A stretch of 64,000 nt of DNA, taken from positions 43,896,001 through 43,960,000 of the forward strand of contig NC_042999.1 in the NCBI RefSeq assembly GCF_006345805.1, given 5' to 3'. The position numbers were made by a program, and so were the translations under genes. The stretch is from Octopus sinensis. Lineage: Eukaryota. Positions within the stretch are counted from its first letter, which is position 1; each line of letters begins with the position of its first letter. Below, one piece after another: positions 1-13,656 of this stretch. The notes below the pieces were generated by a model. The model was not told where the DNA came from and ran no database searches. It saw only the letters and a list, made by a program, of their open reading frames with translations.

Positions 1-504
1 TCCACCACGGCCCTCCCAGAAATAGTGGGCGGAGAAAATGGATGGATGGATAAAGCATTGTTCATGATTCTTTTAAAGTGCCTTCAAAATTGGTGGTTAA
101 TAGAGAAAGAGAGAGAGAACTATAGGAATTATCATCAAACCGAAAACCTAGTTTGAATGCTTCCAACAGTGTGGAGTCCACTAAAAGCATCCAAGGTGAG
201 AGATGCTGGTGTTAATTTAGGCGACGAGATTCCGTCTGTCACTCAAGTAGGACATGGTAGGATTTGAACTCAGAACGCAAAGATCTGGAGGAAATACTGC
301 AAAGCATCCAATCTAACGTTCTTACACTTCTGCTAATCCATACCCTAGTTTGGTAATATTTCAGTGTCGAAAGGATGAAAGGCAAAGCTGACCTCGGTAG
401 GATCTGAATTCAAAATGTAGGAAGTCGGGACAAATACCGCAGGGTATTCACTTCAACGCCAGAAGACTGCCAATGCACTGCCCAGCATGTGTTACCCTTT
501 ACCT

Positions 505-885
505 ATTATTTGTTTTAATCACTGGATTGCTTCCATGCTGGAGCATCGACTTGAAAGGTTTAGTCCCAGTGCTTATTTTTCTGAGTCTGGTGCTTAATCT
601 GTCGGTCTCTTTTACCGAACCGTTAAGTTACATGGACGTTAACAAACCAATACCGGTTGACAAGCTGTGGTGGTGAATATACACAAACACAAAGACACAC
701 AGAAACGTGTAAGTTTATATGCAATGGGCTTCTATACAGTTTTTTCGTATAACAAATTCACTCATAAGGCATTGGTCGAACCAGAGCAATTGTAGAAGAC
801 ATTTGCCCGAGGTACTACGCAGTGGCACAGAATCCGAAACCAGGTGCTTGAATAACGAAATTGTTAGACCATACAACCATGCCTG
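505..885 (-). mobile_element. Degenerate tRNA-derived CORE-type SINE (family B)
   Basis: Diverged reverse-complement match to the family B copies at 3298 and 12249 (agaagacatttgcccgagg; catgctggagcatcg tail). Confidence 0.7.
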
Positions 886-1639
886 ACATTGCATTGTACA
901 AGAAATATTTGTGAGACTAAATATAAATCAGAATAGCCGTATAGACCAGCTTTTAATATTTTGACTGCACCAACCAATATACCGGCAATATAGCTTCTAT
1001 GAACAATAATTTATTGCTCCTATATTTCCTTCCCATACATGTTAAATCTAACTCTTCTGGAAAATATTTTATGCAGGCTATATGCTTCATACAGATAAAA
1101 TGGCATCACAAAGGCAGAATTTGTTTCTTCAAAGCCAAAATGTGCTCCAATCCTGAACGGTTGCCAAGTTTTAACTTAGCACAAATATGGCCCATTGAAG
1201 AATATTGCTCATATATTTGCGACCAATGCAAACGCATTCCCAGACTTAATTCAGCAAATAATTAAAAAACTTACTGAAAATCAGATCTACTGACACTAAC
1301 ACTTTCAACTACAAAATAAAGGAACCGCTCCGCAGTTACTCGGCGTGTTAGAAATGGTGACCAAATCTTGCTTACATCGTGTCCTACAGTTTTAAATTAA
1401 AGAAACAAAAAAGAAGACATGTTGGATGATGTATTCTCTGTTGCACAGAAAGAAGGGCTGTGGCGACTAGAATGCTTTTTGTCATATGTGGTTGTTAATC
1501 AAGACTTGTCTGGAGCAAAAAATTAACGAATTTGCGGATTAGTCATGATAGAAATCTGTTGTGAAATTGTATCAGTGATCAAGTCGCAGAGAGCCAAGAA
1601 ATTAGTATTAAGAAATAAACGATAAGTTTGCATTGAGTT

Positions 1640-1830
1640 CAAATTTTGGCTCAAGGCCAGCAGTTTTGGGTTGGGGTTATGTCGATTAAATTAACTTCAG
1701 TCCTCAACTGGTACTTATTTTATCGACCCTGAAAGGAGGAAAGATAAAGGTAACCTCGGCAGAATTTGAACGAAATATCGCTAAGCATTTTGCCCGGCGT
1801 GCTAACGATTGCACCAGCTTGTCGCCTTAT
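1640..1830 (-). mobile_element. OK-like SINE (family A), older tail variant
   Basis: ggtacttattttatcgaccctgaaagga...acctcggcagaatttgaa...gcccggcgtgctaacga, with the aaattttggctcaaggcc tail. Confidence 0.8.
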
Positions 1831-2247
1831 AACGAGAAGTTAATTTAAATAGCTGTGTTTGCCTCTATTTGTTTCTGCTACATCTACTGAAATAATATCG
1901 GTTCCTCTAGATTTAACAATGCTATTCCGAGCCCATCAACTACAATGAATCACCTTTTCTTTGTCTTGTATAAAATTCTCAATCCAAATAACTTCCCAAA
2001 GCAGGATTCTCTGGACCACTCTTTTCTTTTTGTTCTACTACAACCAATTATAGCAGCAGTAGAGCAGAACAAACGTAATACAATCGTCATGACCCCTATA
2101 GATTCTGATTAATGTGAGAGAGCGCAACACAACATAGAGGGAACAGATGAGTTTCGGCAAGTCGAGTCTTGGATACAGGGAAAGCATCAGGCTGATATTA
2201 TCTCATAATAACTTTGTTGTTCCAATCAAAACAGACCTGTTATACCT

Positions 2248-2478
2248 ATTTCTTTATTACCCACAAGGGGCTGAACATAGAGGGGACAAACATGGACAGA
2301 CATAGGTATTAAGTCGATTATATCGACCCCAGTGCTTAACTGGTACTTAATTTATCGACCCCGAAAGGATGAAAGGCAAAGTCGACCTCGGCGGAATTTG
2401 AACTCACAACGTAACGGCAGACGAAATACCGCTAAGCATTTCGCCCGACGTGCTAACGATTCTGCTAGCTCGCCGCCT
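2248..2478 (-). mobile_element. Full-length young OK-like SINE (family A) with TSD
   Basis: Near-identical to copies at 11115, 44290 and 60100; TSD tgttatacct at 2238-2247 and 2479-2488. Confidence 0.92.
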
Positions 2479-2959
2479 TGTTATACCTTGAGCCATAGAG
2501 AGGGCCTCTATGTGATCGCTCAACCTATTAGAAACAGCAGCCAAATTACCTTCAAGTTACATCCTACCAGCTTGAAAGAGAGGGACAAATTATATAATAC
2601 AGTTCTAGGAGTTTAATGCCTCCCCACAAAGAAAAAGAAGGGATTAGATGGGATGGTCATGGCAGGAAACCTTTGATTATAGATATCTTTTTTTATTTTT
2701 CATTGGTTTGATCTGGCGGAAAAGGTCCGTGCCGATGGTCTTGGTACGTTAACATACATTCATTATCGATCCTAGAAGGATGAAAGCCAAAAGTGACCTC
2801 GTTTTGAGTTAATCTCAAAACACAAAATAAATAAAGAAAAACAAAGAAAAAAAAGAAAATCTAAAAGAAACTGCACGAAGCATTTCGTCTGACGCTCCAA
2901 CACTTGCGACACTTTTACTGTTACAGAATGAACGAGAAACATACAAACATACATACAAA

Positions 2960-3200
2960 TCGATGACCTCCAATACTGCTGGGATCGATGCCGTTAATGT
3001 TCTTGAATTGTTGCAAATGAACAACTGTACGAAAAATATGTACAAGGAGGAGGAATTCCAGAAGATCGATGTTCTGCGTATTTAGCAATTAGTGCGAAGC
3101 TTGAAGGGTTAGACACGATACAGATGACGTGAAGCGGAGAGACGAGTGCGTGGGAATTGCCTGAGTGGGGGTAGTTAGAGACTAGCAATATCTGAGAAAC
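2960..3200 (-). mobile_element. Degenerate CR1/L2-group LINE 3' end
   Basis: Minus-strand frames give PPLRQFPRTRLSASRH...RTSIFWNS...LQQFKNINGID, resembling the C-terminal RT..LWNSLP..FK motif of CR1/L2-group ORF2; frameshifted. Confidence 0.5.
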
Positions 3201-3297
3201 GGAGGTCATTGTAGTAGTGTCAGAAGAGCCAGAGAGAGAGAGAGAGTGAGAGTGAGAGAGAGAAAGAGAAAGATACAGACAGAAACAGAGATAGCAC

Positions 3298-3725
3298 AGG
3301 CGTAGGAGTGGCTGTGTGGTAAGTAACTTACTTACCAACCATATAGTTCCGGGTTCAGTCCCACTGCGTGGCACCGTAGGCAAGTGTCTTCTACCATAGC
3401 CTCGGGCCGACCAAAGCTTTGTGAGTGGATTTGGTAGATGGAAACTGAAAGAGGCCTGTCGTATATATGAATATATATATGTATGTATGTATGTATGTGT
3501 GTGTATATGTTTGTGTGTCTGTGTTTGTCCCCCAACATCACTTGACAACCGATGCTCGTGTGTTTATGTCCCCGTGACCTAGCGGTTCGGCAAAAGAGAC
3601 CGATAGAATAAGTACTAGGCTTACAAAGAACAAGCTCTATGGGGCGATCTACTCGACTATAAAGGCGGTGCTCCAGCATGGCCGCAGTCAAATGACTGAG
3701 GCAAGTAAAAGAGTAAAACGAGAGT
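3298..3725 (+). mobile_element. tRNA-derived CORE-type SINE (family B) with internal (TA/TG)n tract
   Basis: tRNA-like head (ggagtggctgtgtggtaag...gggttcagtccc), CORE-like accgtaggcaagtg, internal microsatellite, tail ggcggtgctccagcatggccgcagtcaaatgactga...gtaaaagagtaaaa. Confidence 0.9.
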
Positions 3726-4334
3726 ATATGTGTGGTCAGTGTTTGAAAAGCGATTTACTGTGACTTCGTACAAATCAGTTGAACGCTAGATCTGAGGCTA
3801 AACACGTAGCATTTTATGGAGTTAGCTCACTAAAATATATATATATAAAAAAAAGAAAACATCACCTAAAATGTACGAGCTGACATATTAGACACCAAAC
3901 AGATCGTTTAATGCACCATAGAGCAATGCAGAAATGAAAAGAGTAAGACGAATAATACATGGTGTGTGAATGGTTATAGTAATGTCAGCATTACTGAAAG
4001 TTTGAGTTGAGGAATTTACTTTATAAACTTCAGCACATCGTATTTTTAGTTATTCATTACTCTTAGTGTTACAACTTACTCTGTTCGTTCTATTGAAATA
4101 TGCTAGGCGATATCTTATCATACACTAGATTACTTAATAACCTAATGCATCTAATTCCTATGCAAACAAGATAAAGGTGACACCTAAATGAGTATTGAAT
4201 ACAAATTTACTTTCTAGTTCAGTAAAAGCGTACACACCTCTTACATATATTGAACTTGTAAATGGTAATGATGATAAAAGTTGAAAAAGTAGTAGTAGTA
4301 GTAGTAGTAGTAGTGACAATGATAATAATAATCG

Positions 4335-4537
4335 TTTCTACTATAGGCAGAAGGGTCTGAAAATTTGGGGGAGGGTATAGTCAGTTACATCGACTCTAGT
4401 GTTTCACTGGTACTTAATTTAACGATCCCCGAAAGAATGAGAGGCAAAGTCAACCTCGGCGGAATTTGAACTCAGAACATAGCGACAGACGAAATGCCAC
4501 TAAGCATTTTGCCCAGCGTGCTAACGATTCTGCCAAC
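4335..4537 (-). mobile_element. OK-like SINE (family A)
   Basis: ggcaaagtcaacctcggcggaatttgaactcagaac...gtgctaacgattctgcca. Confidence 0.8.
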
Positions 4538-4554
4538 ATCATAGATACTCCCAC

Positions 4555-4970
4555 AACTAGGGATGCAACCTGTAGGTGGCAAAGAGAAAGAAAAGGTGGA
4601 AAAAATGCAAATTACTAAAAGACGAAATTGCAAGAATATGAGAAATGAATAACGTTACTGCCATCTCAGTTGTTGTGGGAGCACTCGGAGCCCTAACAAC
4701 CAAGTTCGAAAAGTATGTTGGAGATACTGGTTTTGACATGAGAGCAGAGCACGCTCCCAAAATTGCTCTATTGGAGACAGCTAGGATTTTGAGATTGGTA
4801 CCTGGGTGTTGAGTATCTACCACGAAACTTAACACCTAAGTTTGTGGAATGGGACCCTGTGTGACCTTTGGCAACAGGATGCTGTCTGCTCTCACAGAAT
4901 TAGCCAGGGTAAGTATGATCGAGAGATCTGAGGAGTAAAATATAATAATAATGATAATAATAAAAATAAA
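4555..4970 (+). mobile_element. R4/Dong-like non-LTR retrotransposon 3' end (restriction-like endonuclease C-terminus) with (TAA)n tail
   Basis: Translates (frameshift/stop) KEKEKVEK..LLKDEIARI*EMNNVTAISVVVGALGALTTKFEKYV...KIALLETARILRLV, matching the R4-clade pattern EK..KY..L..EI.R.W....PVVIGALG...QK.ALLGTARILR; followed by a taataataa tract. Confidence 0.75.
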
Positions 4971-5750
4971 TGCCCTGATGGCAGTGGGCTTCGTGGCTTC
5001 TGATCTTAACTGATTGGATATGTACATGTACAGGTTTTCTCTTGATGTAAAAGATGGGGTACAGCAAATATTCTGCTCAATACCGCAGATTTGCTTGTTA
5101 GTTAAGTATGTCTCTTAGTGGCTGACGATGTGTGCATCTCTGATCTCGAGCGGGAGTAGTGTGGAAGCCATGTGTTGAGAGGAATTCTTTGGTGTTGGAA
5201 TAATTCACCTCAGTAAACATGCATGTTTCGTGCATTGATAAGAGATTACCATATCGCGCACATAGGGCGTCATGATGGGTGGTGGTAGTAGTGGTGATTG
5301 GATAGTGCAAAGTTTTTTTTTTTTATAATTGAACTAAGCTTTCTATATCACTTACCACTTGACGCATGCACGTAAATGCAATTCCGCGAAATATTCACGC
5401 TTATTTACGTGGCAGATATATGCAATTTAACTAAAGGTTGTATCATATGTATGGGATTTTTTTTTCTTATGGGAAAATGGAAAAATTAGAGTGAATATTT
5501 ATTTTATGAGTGCTGTGTATCAAGTCTGTAAAAAAGTATATAAAGTGTATATATAAAGTGCATTAAATAATCATTGTATTCCAATTTCTTTCACTTTTCA
5601 ATGAGTAGCAGATGAGCGACTATCTTTTCATACAGATTCAACACAGGTTATGCTTTCAGGCTTTTTGATAAAGTTTTCAGAAATAGCCCAATAGGTTTAC
5701 CATTAATTCTATGAAATATTCACGGATCCCGCTAGTTATTATTATTATTA

Positions 5751-5788
<38 letters not shown>

Positions 5789-5899
5789 TGAGTTCGAATT
5801 CCGCCGAAGTCGAATTTACCTTTCATCCTTTCGGGGTCGATGTAATCCCTTCCCCCACATTTGAGGCCTGCTGCTTCCTGTAGAAAGAATTATTATTAT

Positions 5900-6291
5900 T
5901 ATTTTTCAAGTTCCACTTGAAAAGGAAGATGAGAGTTGAGAGGGAAGCGCTGTTTCGTAGTAAATTTATTGAAAGGTGGGTGAATGTCGGTAAAATGGCC
6001 AGTATGAACGGACCAATTCTGGGGTTACACCTGTAAAAAAAGGGGTAATGTAAAAGGAGAAGGGGCTCTCTACCCCTTTTTGACCGGGCTCCCGTGGCTT
6101 TTATAGGGTTTTTTTCCACGAGTAACCTTTCAAAGCGCCTTCCCTATTGGGAGTTCTTTCTAACTGTTATATTTTTTCGCTGTTATTTTAATGTTTACAC
6201 GGACCTTTCTTTTTCAAAACTCTTTGTACTTTTCGTCCTGTATTTGTCCTTACATTTTTTTGATTTGTTAGCCCTTGTGGCCAATAAAACC
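5900..6291 (+). mobile_element. 3' fragment of a Tx1/L1-clade LINE related to 13657-16163
   Basis: FFKFHLKRKMRVEREALFRSKFIERWVNVGKMASMN aligns with FFLFHMKRKIKLEKKCLSYGVFRKRCKTVASVLRVN at the end of the large LINE; 3' UTR ends gcccttgtggccaataaa; flanked by agaattatta on both sides. Confidence 0.75.
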
Positions 6292-6301
6292 AGAATTATT
6301 A

Positions 6302-6352
<51 letters not shown>

Positions 6353-6779
6353 GTAAAAAGATCAGTAAAAAATAAATTCGCAGGGGAATGAAAGATTCCT
6401 AAAGACTTGATAAACTAAAAAGATGAAATTTTGAATAATGTTAGCTCAAAATAAGTTTGCATAACTGACACTAGAAATTAGTTCGTCATTTTGTAGTCTG
6501 TAAAATTATCGTAACATTTGATTTACGCTTTCCACTCAATTCACATTCATAAATGAAACTTGATACAGCATTCTCGTTGTAAATCATGAAATCATGTTGT
6601 CAACGAATGAAAAGAGTGGATTTAGTAAATATTTAAACATATAAGATATTTAGCCTAAAAATATTTTCTAAAGATCTTATTACAAACGAAATGTGTGGTA
6701 TTGCTGGTTAATTTAGGTTTGTAAAGGTTAAACAAGAACAATTATAACACATCTCCTCTTCCAGTCTTTTCCGTTGCTA

Positions 6780-7230
6780 TTTCAGTAGTTTCTGTATGGA
6801 GTTTAGGCTTAACAAATTTACGAGGGTTATTTTCGAAAGGAGATTGACCAAGCCGTTAAATATCAATGCTGAACTCATCCAGACTTTAGAGGAATTGGGA
6901 ACAGATGTGTTATATAAGGTAAATGGGATCAGACACGCTAGACTTAAGGAACTTATCAGAAAGGATTAGACCTGGCGGATTAGGAGGATCCTTAGAGTAA
7001 ACTCATTAGAAGCAATTTAATGCACAAGTGATTCCGGCAGCAAACTACCTTCATTGTATGTAGTAAACTGGAATATACAAGAGACGAAAAATAATGACAA
7101 AAGAATAAGATTATCGACAAAATTTAGACAAAATTGCATGTATATTCCGAGACAGAATGGATAAAGAGACCTTGCACAACTTGAGAGGGCATATGAAACA
7201 AGTACAATAGGACGCGAAACTTATTTCGTA
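6780..7230 (+). mobile_element. Highly degenerate R4/Dong-like RT/thumb region
   Basis: Fragments MEFRLNKF, RLKELIRKD*TWRIRRILR, VNWNIQE, MYIPRQNG*RDLAQLERAY resemble MEFGLDKC...RVRKIL...LYLPRKEGGRGL. Confidence 0.55.
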
Positions 7231-7414
7231 ATAAATACTGTCATGTAGAGTGCTTTAAATAAATCTTACTCTAAAACAACTAAATTAAGGTAAGGTTCAT
7301 AAACAAAGCGAAATAATTCATCTTCATTTTTTAAAATTTTGTTTCCATGTAGTTTTAAAATTATATGGACGTTGCGATCAATCAATTCTAACAAAGAAAA
7401 AAATATATTATTTA

Positions 7415-7487
7415 CGACCACAACGAGACTCGAACTCGCAATCTTCTGATTCGAAGTCAGACGCCTTATCCATTAGGCCATGCGGCC
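7415..7487 (-). tRNA. trnR-TCG: tRNA-Arg(TCG)
   Basis: 73-nt GGCCGCATGGCCTAATGGATAAGGCGTCTGACTTCGAATCAGAAGATTGCGAGTTCGAGTCTCGTTGTGGTCG folds as a cloverleaf (TCTGA/TCAGA anticodon stem, TCG anticodon, GTTCGA T-loop); T7 Pol III terminator about 12 nt downstream (A-run 7397-7403 on +). Confidence 0.95.
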
Positions 7488-8727
7488 AACCGACAACTTA
7501 CGTTGAAATTACTTATAATATATTTTATTTTATTTTTTATTATTTTTTTAATTGTTAATATTTCTGTTGTTTTTCAAGAGTATATGGAATGACATTATAA
7601 CATGTATACTCATATTATTAGCAGAGTTGCCCAGAAAATAAAGCCCTCTGTTTCAATGTGTTGAAAAAGAATCAAAGTATAGTTATTCTATCAAACACAA
7701 CGTTCGGTTGTATTCTTCATAACAATAGATTGACGAAGCAAAGAAAAAAAAAAGATTTTTCCATCGTAAGAATACATATAAACATTGTGGCGTAGCTACA
7801 CAAATGTACCTCACCATTATCGACATTGTTTATCTCGTAACTTTCTGAAAATGGATATTTTTGTAATGAAATTTTTTACAGCTATCTTTCAGATGATGTA
7901 GATTACGATTCTATCGGAATTTAATGCGAGAGAAAAAAAATGGAGCAGAAGGGAATAAAAAAAACATTGGTGAGTGTGCACACACATACTGACACTCATT
8001 ACATATATACAAATATATACAAAATAAACTTGAAATCTTGAAAGCATTATATGATGTGTGCGCACCCACCAATTTTTCTTTCACATTAAATTCCGATTTA
8101 ATCGTAATATAAGCTATGTGAAAGGATTTTGTAGCAAATTCCATTTTAAAATACCCGTTTTTTATTTCTGAAAGTTATGTACAAACAAAGCCAAGAAGGA
8201 CATACTCGTGTATGTATGCCAAACATTGTTCTATTTTACAGTAAGCTAGCATCGAACATTCCAGCTATTCTTTAAAGAAACATATTTCTCTTCCAGTTAC
8301 AGTCCCTGCTAGCTTCAACAGCGTCTCGTATTTGCTGATAGACCTTGCGAAGATTGTGGTGTAATCACGTCACCTATCATGTATGTGACTTAACTACTTC
8401 CAATTTAGATATGTCTTCTTCGTGCTATACATATAATTTGCGGCTCGAGCGAAGCAGAAAGCTCTGCGCACATACAACGTTATCTGAGGGTCAATATCGC
8501 AGAACACAACCAAACTGTCTTTCCTGCCAGAAAGTAAACCGATCCAGCAGAAACCAAATTGGCAACGTAGCATCGTCTTGATTAGCTAGAACTTAGCCCG
8601 TTAAATGAGGGGCTCAGTAACTTCTTTTCTTAATCCCTTTTTGCAATATTTCAAGGAACTTCAAATAAGAAATAGATCAGAGAAATAGCTGATTCTAGCC
8701 AACGACTGGTCAGTCACATTAGTGTAT

Positions 8728-8845
8728 TTACACACACACACATACACACACTCTCTCTCTCCTCTCTCACTCTCCTTCTCTGTCCTCTCTCACTCTCCTT
8801 CTCTCTCTCCCCCGCTTATCCTCTCTCCCATCTCTCTTTCACTCT

Positions 8846-8887
<42 letters not shown>

Positions 8888-8897
8888 CCTCTCTCAT
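8728..8897. repeat. (CA)n followed by (CT)n microsatellite
   Basis: Direct inspection. Confidence 0.9.
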
Positions 8898-9569
8898 TCT
8901 GAATAAATATACAAAAATAACATACAAATGAGCTGTCGTATACACACATTACGGCAAAAACATATTCATTTCAAGCAGAAAAGACTTTCAAATATGAAAT
9001 GAAAATTGTTCTTGTTGTTGTTGTTTTGTCGTAATGTGCATATATTTGTTTAGAATCACTTCTTTAAAAAAAAAAATTGGTTCTTGCTTTCTAATACTTT
9101 TCTGTTTGTTTGACCTTAAATTCTAAAAGGATGAAAAAAAAAGTTGTTGGTTTTAAAATACATTTCTTTATATTCATTTCCACATATGAACTCTCTCTCT
9201 GATTCAAATAACTGAAATGCTAAGGATTCTAAGAATGAATACATCTTATCCTTTGCCACACCCAGAAAATACTATAGCCTCAATAACATGGTTGCATGAG
9301 CTTCTTAAAAGCCCATCAGTCTTATACCATTGCACAGTATAGTCGTGGTGGATCCAAGTTACAAAGGTGCACGATAGGTCATCCTACTTTAAGATTGAGA
9401 CAATGACGTGGGAATCAAGTCGGGCCCAGTGAACGTAGAAACTGCATGCGATAGTTGACACTTGAGTCTGCTCCGAAACTGTGTCAACTAGTAGCACTGA
9501 ACGTTACTAGAACAGATAGCTGTTGCATCAGATACTGCCACACTGAAAGTTACATGTATTCTTTTTTTC

Positions 9570-9820
9570 TTTTATTCTTTTACGTGGTTCAGTTATTTGA
9601 CTGCGGCCATACTGGATCACCGCCTTAAAGGGGGATTTTTTAGTCGAAGAAATCGGCCCTAGGACTTATTCTTTGTGAGCCTAGTACTTATTCTATCGGT
9701 CTCTTTTGCGAACCATGAAGTTATAGGGGCATAAACACACCAACATCGGTTGTCAAGCGATGATGAGAAGGGAAGACAAACGCAGACACAAAGACACTCA
9801 CATAAATACAAACACACGCT

Positions 9821-9856
<36 letters not shown>

Positions 9857-9896
9857 CTTGGAGGAGGATGCGTGGCGTTCAATTGTATAATATAAG

Positions 9897-9977
<81 letters not shown>

Positions 9978-10610
9978 ATATATATGCATATATACATACG
10001 TATATGTACATACTTACATCTATACATACATACATTATATATATATATATATATATATATGCATATGTGGGCACAGGACGTCACGAAACGTGTACAACAA
10101 AAATATACGAAGTACGAGTACATGGAATATGAACTATTTTTTCGAACAACGAAAGACACAAATGGAAAACAAGACAAAGAACATAAAGAACGACCCTTCA
10201 TCAGTTGTTGGGCGTTTTTCTACACTCGTATTTCGAGCATTTAGCAACAATATATGCTTTTGATAAAGCAGTTGCTCCCACAAAGCAAATTAAATAAAAT
10301 TTGGTAACACAAACAGGACAGTGAAAACAAACTGGAAGGGCTGCTAAGCCTAAACGAGGTTGTGGTGGCGAACACGTAAATCAAGCTTGGACAGGAGACA
10401 GACAAGAACACGTCTTCTTTGTTCCACCTACAATGTATGTATACGACGGGCTTCTTTCAATTTCCGTCTACCAAATCCACTCACAAGGCTTTGGTCGGCC
10501 CTTTGGCTATAGTAGAAGACACTTGCCCAAGGTGCCACGCAATTGTACTGGACCCGGAACTATATAGTTGGAAAGCAAGCTTCTTACCACATAGCCACGC
10601 CTGCGCCTAT
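9570..10610 (-). mobile_element. Family B SINE split by an expanded (TA)n tract and a ~360-bp unrelated insert
   Basis: 3' half at ~9570-9800, 5' half at ~10440-10610; (TA)n at ~9895-10060; non-SINE sequence at ~10065-10430. Confidence 0.8.
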
Positions 10611-11114
10611 ACGTTAATATTCTCTTTGTGTCGAAATACATGCATTTGTTTATATTAATAGTATCTTACATAAATATACTATTTTCTATTCAGATTAAGA
10701 CAATATATGCATGTATTTAATTACACACACATACGCGCGCGCACTTAAACACACACATACAAACACAACACACACACATTCACATACACGCAGATACACA
10801 TATAAACACACAATACACACACAAACACGTATGTATATGTATGTATGTGAATACGAATGGATTTATAGACATGCGTGCGTGTGTGTGTGTGTGTGTATGT
10901 GTGTGTGAAAGATAAGTGGAAACACTTTTGTGCAAGGAAATTATACGAAAATGTTCTCAATTACTTTACAATAAAACAAAAAGGAATTTTCTTTTCTTTT
11001 CTTTCTTTCCTTTTGTTTCTTTTTATTGTTTCGTTCTTTCTTTTCTTTTTTTATTATTTTTCTTGCGACGCGAAATATTAGTTTCATACGAATGGATATA
11101 AGGTGGTTAATACC

Positions 11115-11349
11115 TATTTCTTTACTACCCACAAGGGGCTAAACATAGAGAGGACAAACAAGGACAGGCAAACGGATTAAGTCGATTACATCGACCCCAG
11201 TGCGTAACTGGTACTTAATTTATCGACCCCGAAAGGATGAAAGGCAAAGTCGACCTCGGCGGAATTTGAACTCAGAACGTAACGACAGACGAAATACGGC
11301 TTCGCAATTTGCCCGGCGTGCTAACGTTTCTGCCAGCTCGCCGCCTTGA
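11115..11349 (-). mobile_element. Full-length young OK-like SINE (family A) with 12-bp TSD
   Basis: TSD gtggttaatacc at 11103-11114 and 11350-11361. Confidence 0.92.
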
Positions 11350-11439
11350 GTGGTTAATACCGTTTATATAAGCCAACTGACACTACACAGCTTTCATTGT
11401 AAACAAATTATCGGGAAAATATATACAGGTTTCACAGAT

Positions 11440-12065
11440 GATCATAGGTGTGGCTGTGTGGTGGGAGGTTTGTTTACTTCCCAGCCGCTTGGTTCCGGGT
11501 TCAGTCCCACTGCATGACACACTGGGCAAGTGTCTTCCACTATATCCTCGGGTCGACCAGGGCCTTATGAGTGGATTTGGTTGACGGAAACTGAAAGAAA
11601 CCCGTCACAATTATGCAATATATTTGTGTGTGTGAGTGTTTGTCTTTTGTCTGTGCTTGTCCCCCACCACAGCTTGACGACCAGTGTTGGTATATTTACG
11701 TCCTCGTAATTTGGCCGTACCAGTGGTTCCGGGTTCAGTCCCACTGCATAACACCTTGAGCAAGTGTCTTCCACTATATCCTCGGGTCGACCAAGGGCCT
11801 TATGAGTGGATTTGGTTGACGGAAACTGAAAGAAACCCGTCACAATTATGCAATATATTTGTGTGTGAGTGTGTTTGTCTTTTGTCTGTGCTTGTCCCCC
11901 CACCACTGCTTGACGACCGGTGTTGGTATGTTTGCGTCCTCGTAATTTGGCCGTACCAGGCTTTAAAAAAATATGTACTGAGGTTGGTTCGTTCGACTAC
12001 GCTTCTTCATGACAGTGCCCCAGCATGGCCACGGTCTAATGACTGAAACAAGTAAAAGATAAAAG
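11440..12065 (+). mobile_element. Family B SINE with an internal tandem duplication (~235 bp)
   Basis: Block ggttccgggttcagtccc...cgtaatttggccgtaccag occurs twice (~11490-11723 and ~11725-11960) with shared private variants. Confidence 0.85.
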
Positions 12066-12095
12066 ATATTGGTAATCAAGAGCATGGTCTACAAC

Positions 12096-12705
12096 CGTGG
12101 TTCTCACTCGGAGTCCACACGACGCTTGAGGGTCCACATAAGTTTTTGTTGCTACAATATATGTACAATAAATTGGTTATACTTCTGTAATGCACAAAAT
12201 ATTTTAACAATTTTTAAATACAATTCCTAATTGTATTTAATTATATATAGGCATAGGAGTGGCTGTGTGGTAAGTAGCTTGCTTACCAACCACATGGTTC
12301 CGGGTTCAGTCCCACTGCATGACACCATGAGCAAGTGTCTTCTACTATAGCCTCGGGCCGATTTAGTAGACTGAAACTGAAAGAAGCCTGTCGTATATAT
12401 GTGTGTATATATATATGTGTGTGTGTGTGTTTGTCCCCCCTCTCAACATCACTCGTCAACCGATGCTGGTGTGTTTACGTCCCCGTAACTTAGCGGTTCG
12501 GCAAAAGAGACCGATAGAATAAGTACTAGGCTTACAAAGAATAAGTCCTGGGATCGTTTTGCTCGACTAAAGGCGGTGCTCCAGCATGGCCACAGTCAAA
12601 TGACTGAAACAAGTAAAAGAGTGAAGAGTATAAAAATATATGATTTTAAAAAAACATTAATTATGAGGGTCCAGTAGAATTAAAGAGGGATCAAAGGAGT
12701 CCATA
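12096..12705. mobile_element. Possible hAT-type MITE remnant interrupted by a SINE
   Basis: Starts cgtggttctca (CAGTGGTTCTCAA-like hAT terminus) with repeated gggtcca motifs on both sides of the SINE at 12249-12630. Confidence 0.4.
12249..12630 (+). mobile_element. Family B SINE
   Basis: Complete head, CORE-like block and tail; small internal deletion. Confidence 0.9.
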
Positions 12706-13656
12706 GGGTGTTGGACTCATGATCGTAAGATTGTGGTTTCGTATTCCTGGACGTGTTGCGTTCTTGAGCAAAACACTTCATATCACGTTGCTCCAGTCCA
12801 CTCAGCTAGCAAAAATGAGTAACGCTGCGACGGACCAAGTGGGGAATATATACACCGGGAAACTAGCCCTTATGAGCCAGTATGCAAAAATGGTTGGGAA
12901 ACACTGATCTGCAACAAAGAACGAAGAAAAACCAATGAAGAGTATTTGAGGAACTGCATTTTTTAAAAATTTTATCTAGTTTCAGCTCACGAGCTGTGTG
13001 TGGCCATGCTGGGGCACCGCCATTCTCATGCATGCTGAGAAATTTTTAATTGTTGTTTTTACAGAAATTTTGTAGGATAGCCATATATTGCAGATAGCAA
13101 GAGGAGTGAGTATGAAAGGAAATTCGATTTCTATATATGTATACGACTTGTGGAGTGAAGGGTGTTAAGGCTCTCTCTCATGGAGGTCTTTTGTATGAAT
13201 GAAAACTGATAAATAAATGGTTTCATTGCACAATGTTTTTAAGTGTGTGGGAAGAGACTACTTTTAATCAGTTTGATGAAACTATGTTGTAAGGTCATAA
13301 GCAAGCAAAGATTGACTGACCTGTTTGAAATCTATTGCTAGGTAGGGCATGGCGAATCAATTAGTCAAAGTCGTAGTAGTTAGCAGTTGTAAAATGATTG
13401 GAGGATTGACAATTAAGGTCAATAGAAAAAAAAATGAGAGAGAAGAATAATGGGAAAAAAAATATATTATTGAAATTATGTTACTATAAATAATAGATAA
13501 GATGGAATTGTATGGGGAAAATATCGCAATAATAGGAAGAATAAATAAATGTAATATACAAAAGAAAAAATAACTGATAAAAGTTTGGAGGGAAATAAAG
13601 TGTGGAAAATGAAGAATTGAATAAATATAAAAAAGTAATATGTGTGTGTGTAAACT

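Noticed and set aside
2332-2616. Recurrent ORFs such as YLIYRPRKDERQSRPR and VSVYQIHSQGFGRPEAIVEDTCPRCHAVGLNPE
   Set aside because: SINE sequence read in frame; recurrence reflects repeat copies, not a gene family.
9400-9540. Possible RTE endonuclease N-terminal remnant
   Set aside because: Similarity too weak to support by eye.
10190-10245. Hammerhead candidate (GAAA...CUGAUGA on the minus strand)
   Set aside because: Could not form convincing stems I and II.
9659-10263. Long YI/IY-rich ORFs (also 26005, 32335, 48724, 54257-54878)
   Set aside because: Translations of (TA)n/(CA)n microsatellites.
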